DNA from: a virus
Lineage: Duplodnaviria; Caudoviricetes
Strand: one strand, 5' to 3'
IMG/VR virus record: IMGVR_UViG_3300002098_000132
Coordinates: 1 to 26,906 of that record
Length of the DNA stretch: 26,906 bases
This document shows positions 25,119 to 26,906 of this stretch, in pieces (positions within the stretch are counted from its first letter, which is position 1; each line of letters begins with the position of its first letter). Both the position numbers and the translations under genes were made by a program. The notes under the pieces were generated by a model. That model saw only the letters and a program-made list of their open reading frames with translations, was not told where the DNA came from and made no database searches.

Positions 25119-25280
25119 ATGGCAATTCCAACGCGCAATGATTCAGGTTCAATTAAATATACGAATCTTTCTTCGGCTGGTAAAGCTATGGGTTCAAAGG
25201 GTGGCAAATCCAACTCTGAAGCCAAAGTTAAAGCTGCTAGAGAGAACGGTAAACAAGGCGGCGGTCATACGCCCAAGTAA
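25119..25280 (+). CDS. small basic Gly-rich protein (53 aa, not in ORF track)
   Basis: Manual translation MAIPTRNDSGSIKYTNLSSAGKAMGSKGGKSNSEAKVKAARENGKQGGGHTPK; TAAGGG RBS. Confidence 0.75.
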   Translation: MAIPTRNDSGSIKYTNLSSAGKAMGSKGGKSNSEAKVKAARENGKQGGGHTPK

Positions 25281-25475
25281 AGAGTTGTATCCTCTATTTA
25301 TGGGGTGAACATATTTGGGCAGACGCGTCGTGAGGACGTACTGTAATACACTGAATACAAGTAGCCCCACCTTTTTGTATAATATTTGCTACAAAAACTC
25401 AAAAATCCGATTTTTTTATAAAAATGGTGCAGTGCATCATAGGGTTTACCCTTAGTTGAAAATAAAAACCAATAA

Positions 25476-25488
25476 AATCAATGACTTA
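25476..25488 (+). promoter_or_regulatory. IHF consensus site
   Basis: AATCAATGACTTA is an exact match to WATCAANNNNTTR and is preceded by an A-rich tract. Confidence 0.6.
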
Positions 25489-25600
25489 CACGCCGTATTT
25501 AAAGCGTTTTATTAAGATTGTAAAACCCGCAAACGGCCGCGCCTTATAGAATAAAGGCTTGCGGCCTGATACCCTGTAGATATAAGGCGCGGCGGCATAA

Positions 25601-25672
25601 CTTTACAATACAACGGGCTAAACTTTACAATCCCGCGCAAAAACTTTACAAAAACGCGGGCGCGGCTTTACA
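25601..25672 (+). repeat. four helically phased CTTTACA repeats
   Basis: Starts at 25601, 25623, 25644 and 25666 (spacing 22, 21, 22). Confidence 0.8.
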
Positions 25673-25836
25673 TTCAATTTTTAAAGGGCGCAAGGGGTCA
25701 CGCAAGGCGCGGCGGCTTGCGAATAGTGCATGGGCGCTATTCTCGACAATACCCCGCGCGCCTATAGCGCCCGCGATATTCGCGACAATAGCCCGCTTGA
25801 GAGGCCGCGAACTATTCGCGCGCCTCTTAGCTATGC

Positions 25837-25867
25837 AAAAAAGAGAAAAGGCCGCGCAAGGGCGGCC
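25837..25867 (-). terminator. intrinsic terminator after the 249-aa gene
   Basis: GGCCGC/GCGGCC stem (25850-25867) followed on the - strand by TTTTCTCTTTTTT. Confidence 0.7.
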
Positions 25868-25890
25868 AATAGCTTATTTTTTAACTGTTT

Positions 25891-26640
25891 TTAATAGCCC
25901 TCTACTGATAGCCAATAGTTTTCGGCTAAGGCGTCGCGGCGCTCTCTGGCCTTGATAATCTCGCGCCTGTATTCCCTTAATTTATCGGTCAACGCGTCGC
26001 ATATAGCGCCCGCTAGATCTATTCCCGCCTTGCGTTGCGCCTTGATAGCGGCTATCAGGCCGCGCGCCGTTTGCCTTGCTTCTTTTATCTGAATGGCCAA
26101 TTCTTCACGCTCTAGAATGGCTCGGTTTTCGGCGTCGCATTCGCGGCTATCTCTAGCGATAGAATCGGCCAATGAATCAGCGCGGCGGGCGGCGGCAAAT
26201 TGCCAATCTGTTAGATCTTGCGCGGGGGCGTTTTTGGGTACTATAACGCCTAAATTGATATATATCGTGGCTATGTCACTATCTGAATAGTCAACGGCGG
26301 GGCAAATAAATAGGCCGCGCGCCGTTTTAATGGTGACAATGTACGGACGGATCAATTCACTTTGAAAACTATCAGCATAATAGCCGCTATAGTCAAAGGC
26401 GCGGCGGCTTATGTCTTGAATAGGCGTCGCGTTATAGCCATAAAGGGATTCTAAGCATAGCGCGCCTTCATCATCATAATGATTCGCGCTATCATACGCG
26501 CGCCAGCCCTTGCGGCCATATTTAACTTGCCATTCCCGCGCCGCTTTCAAGGCGGCGGCCGGATCTAAGCGGCTATAAGTAGCGGCGCGCTTTTTAATAC
26601 TTGCAAGGCGTGATTCTAGATAAAAATTAATCTTATTCAT
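25891..26640 (-). CDS. hypothetical protein with C-terminal coiled coil (249 aa)
   Basis: Long ORF with CTAGAGGA RBS and a downstream terminator; no family recognised. Confidence 0.8.
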   Translation of the reverse strand: MNKINFYLESRLASIKKRAATYSRLDPAAALKAAREWQVKYGRKGWRAYDSANHYDDEGALCLESLYGYNATPIQDISRRAFDYSGYYADSFQSELIRPYIVTIKTARGLFICPAVDYSDSDIATIYINLGVIVPKNAPAQDLTDWQFAAARRADSLADSIARDSRECDAENRAILEREELAIQIKEARQTARGLIAAIKAQRKAGIDLAGAICDALTDKLREYRREIIKARERRDALAENYWLSVEGY

Positions 26641-26676
26641 GGTTTTATATCCTCTAGATTAAAAACATAAGCGGGC

Positions 26677-26736
26677 AAAATTACCCGCCATAAAAGCCGC
26701 CCGATTACAGGGGCGGCCTTTATAGCTGGCAATTTT
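26677..26736 (-). other. long intergenic RNA hairpin (26-bp arms)
   Basis: Arms 26677-26702 and 26711-26736 match at 22/26 Watson-Crick positions; three of the four mismatches become G-U pairs on the - strand. Confidence 0.65.
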
Positions 26737-26906
26737 TTACTCTGTTATTTCTTGCGCGTCCGTTACGGCGTTGACAAAATCCGTAAACTTATCGCTTTCC
26801 GTATCCAGTAGCGCGTATCCGTCCGCGATACCGGCGGGCGGGCTTTTCGCTTCTTTCTCTATATGGCTTGCTAAATCGTCCGCGGCCTCTGTTAGTTTTT
26901 CCAGCG
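26737..26906 (-). CDS. partial acidic hypothetical protein (3' end; start lies beyond the window)
   Basis: Open frame ...LEKLTEAADDLASHIEKEAKSPPAGIADGYALLDTESDKFTDFVNAVTDAQEITE*. Confidence 0.6.
   Translation of the reverse strand, partial: LEKLTEAADDLASHIEKEAKSPPAGIADGYALLDTESDKFTDFVNAVTDAQEITE

Noticed and set aside
25320-25341. Resemblance of CAGACGCGTCGTGAGGACGTAC to a hammerhead ribozyme stem II region, and nearby CTGTAA to a tRNA-Tyr anticodon loop
   Set aside because: The catalytic CUGANGA and GAAA cores are absent, and there is no cloverleaf or T-loop (GTTCRA).

Overview
This window is a 27 kb piece of a tailed dsDNA phage (Caudoviricetes). The lambda-R-type endolysin and Rz/Rz1 spanins indicate a Gram-negative host; a freshwater betaproteobacterial host is only a guess from gene style. 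From left to right it holds: (1) a + strand tail fibre/adhesin module (10-8724); (2) a lysis cassette with holin candidates, Rz with embedded Rz1, and an endolysin, followed by TraR-like, metallophosphoesterase and HEXXH-peptidase genes (8977-12060); (3) a ~410 bp non-coding gap between convergent operons, packed with different operator-like palindromes (12059-12469); (4) a - strand chain of 14 tightly packed, mostly translationally coupled small genes (12475-15775), six of them below the ORF-track cutoff, including a block built from shuffled conserved modules and a repeated stop/RBS/start junction (13077-14486); (5) SNF2 helicase and VRR-NUC (-), divergent from a replication operon (+) encoding a DUF2800/Cas4-like nuclease, SSB-like protein, family A DNA polymerase, RepB-type primase-helicase and GIY-YIG nuclease; (6) a second convergent non-coding region with palindromes, an IHF consensus site and helically phased repeats (25281-25890), then compositionally distinct leftward genes. 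The best candidates for undescribed biology are the palindrome arrays (possible decoy sites for host DNA-binding proteins) and the modular mini-gene cassette array. No integrase, tRNA, CRISPR array or reverse transcriptase was seen. All family assignments come from motif recognition by eye, not from database searches.
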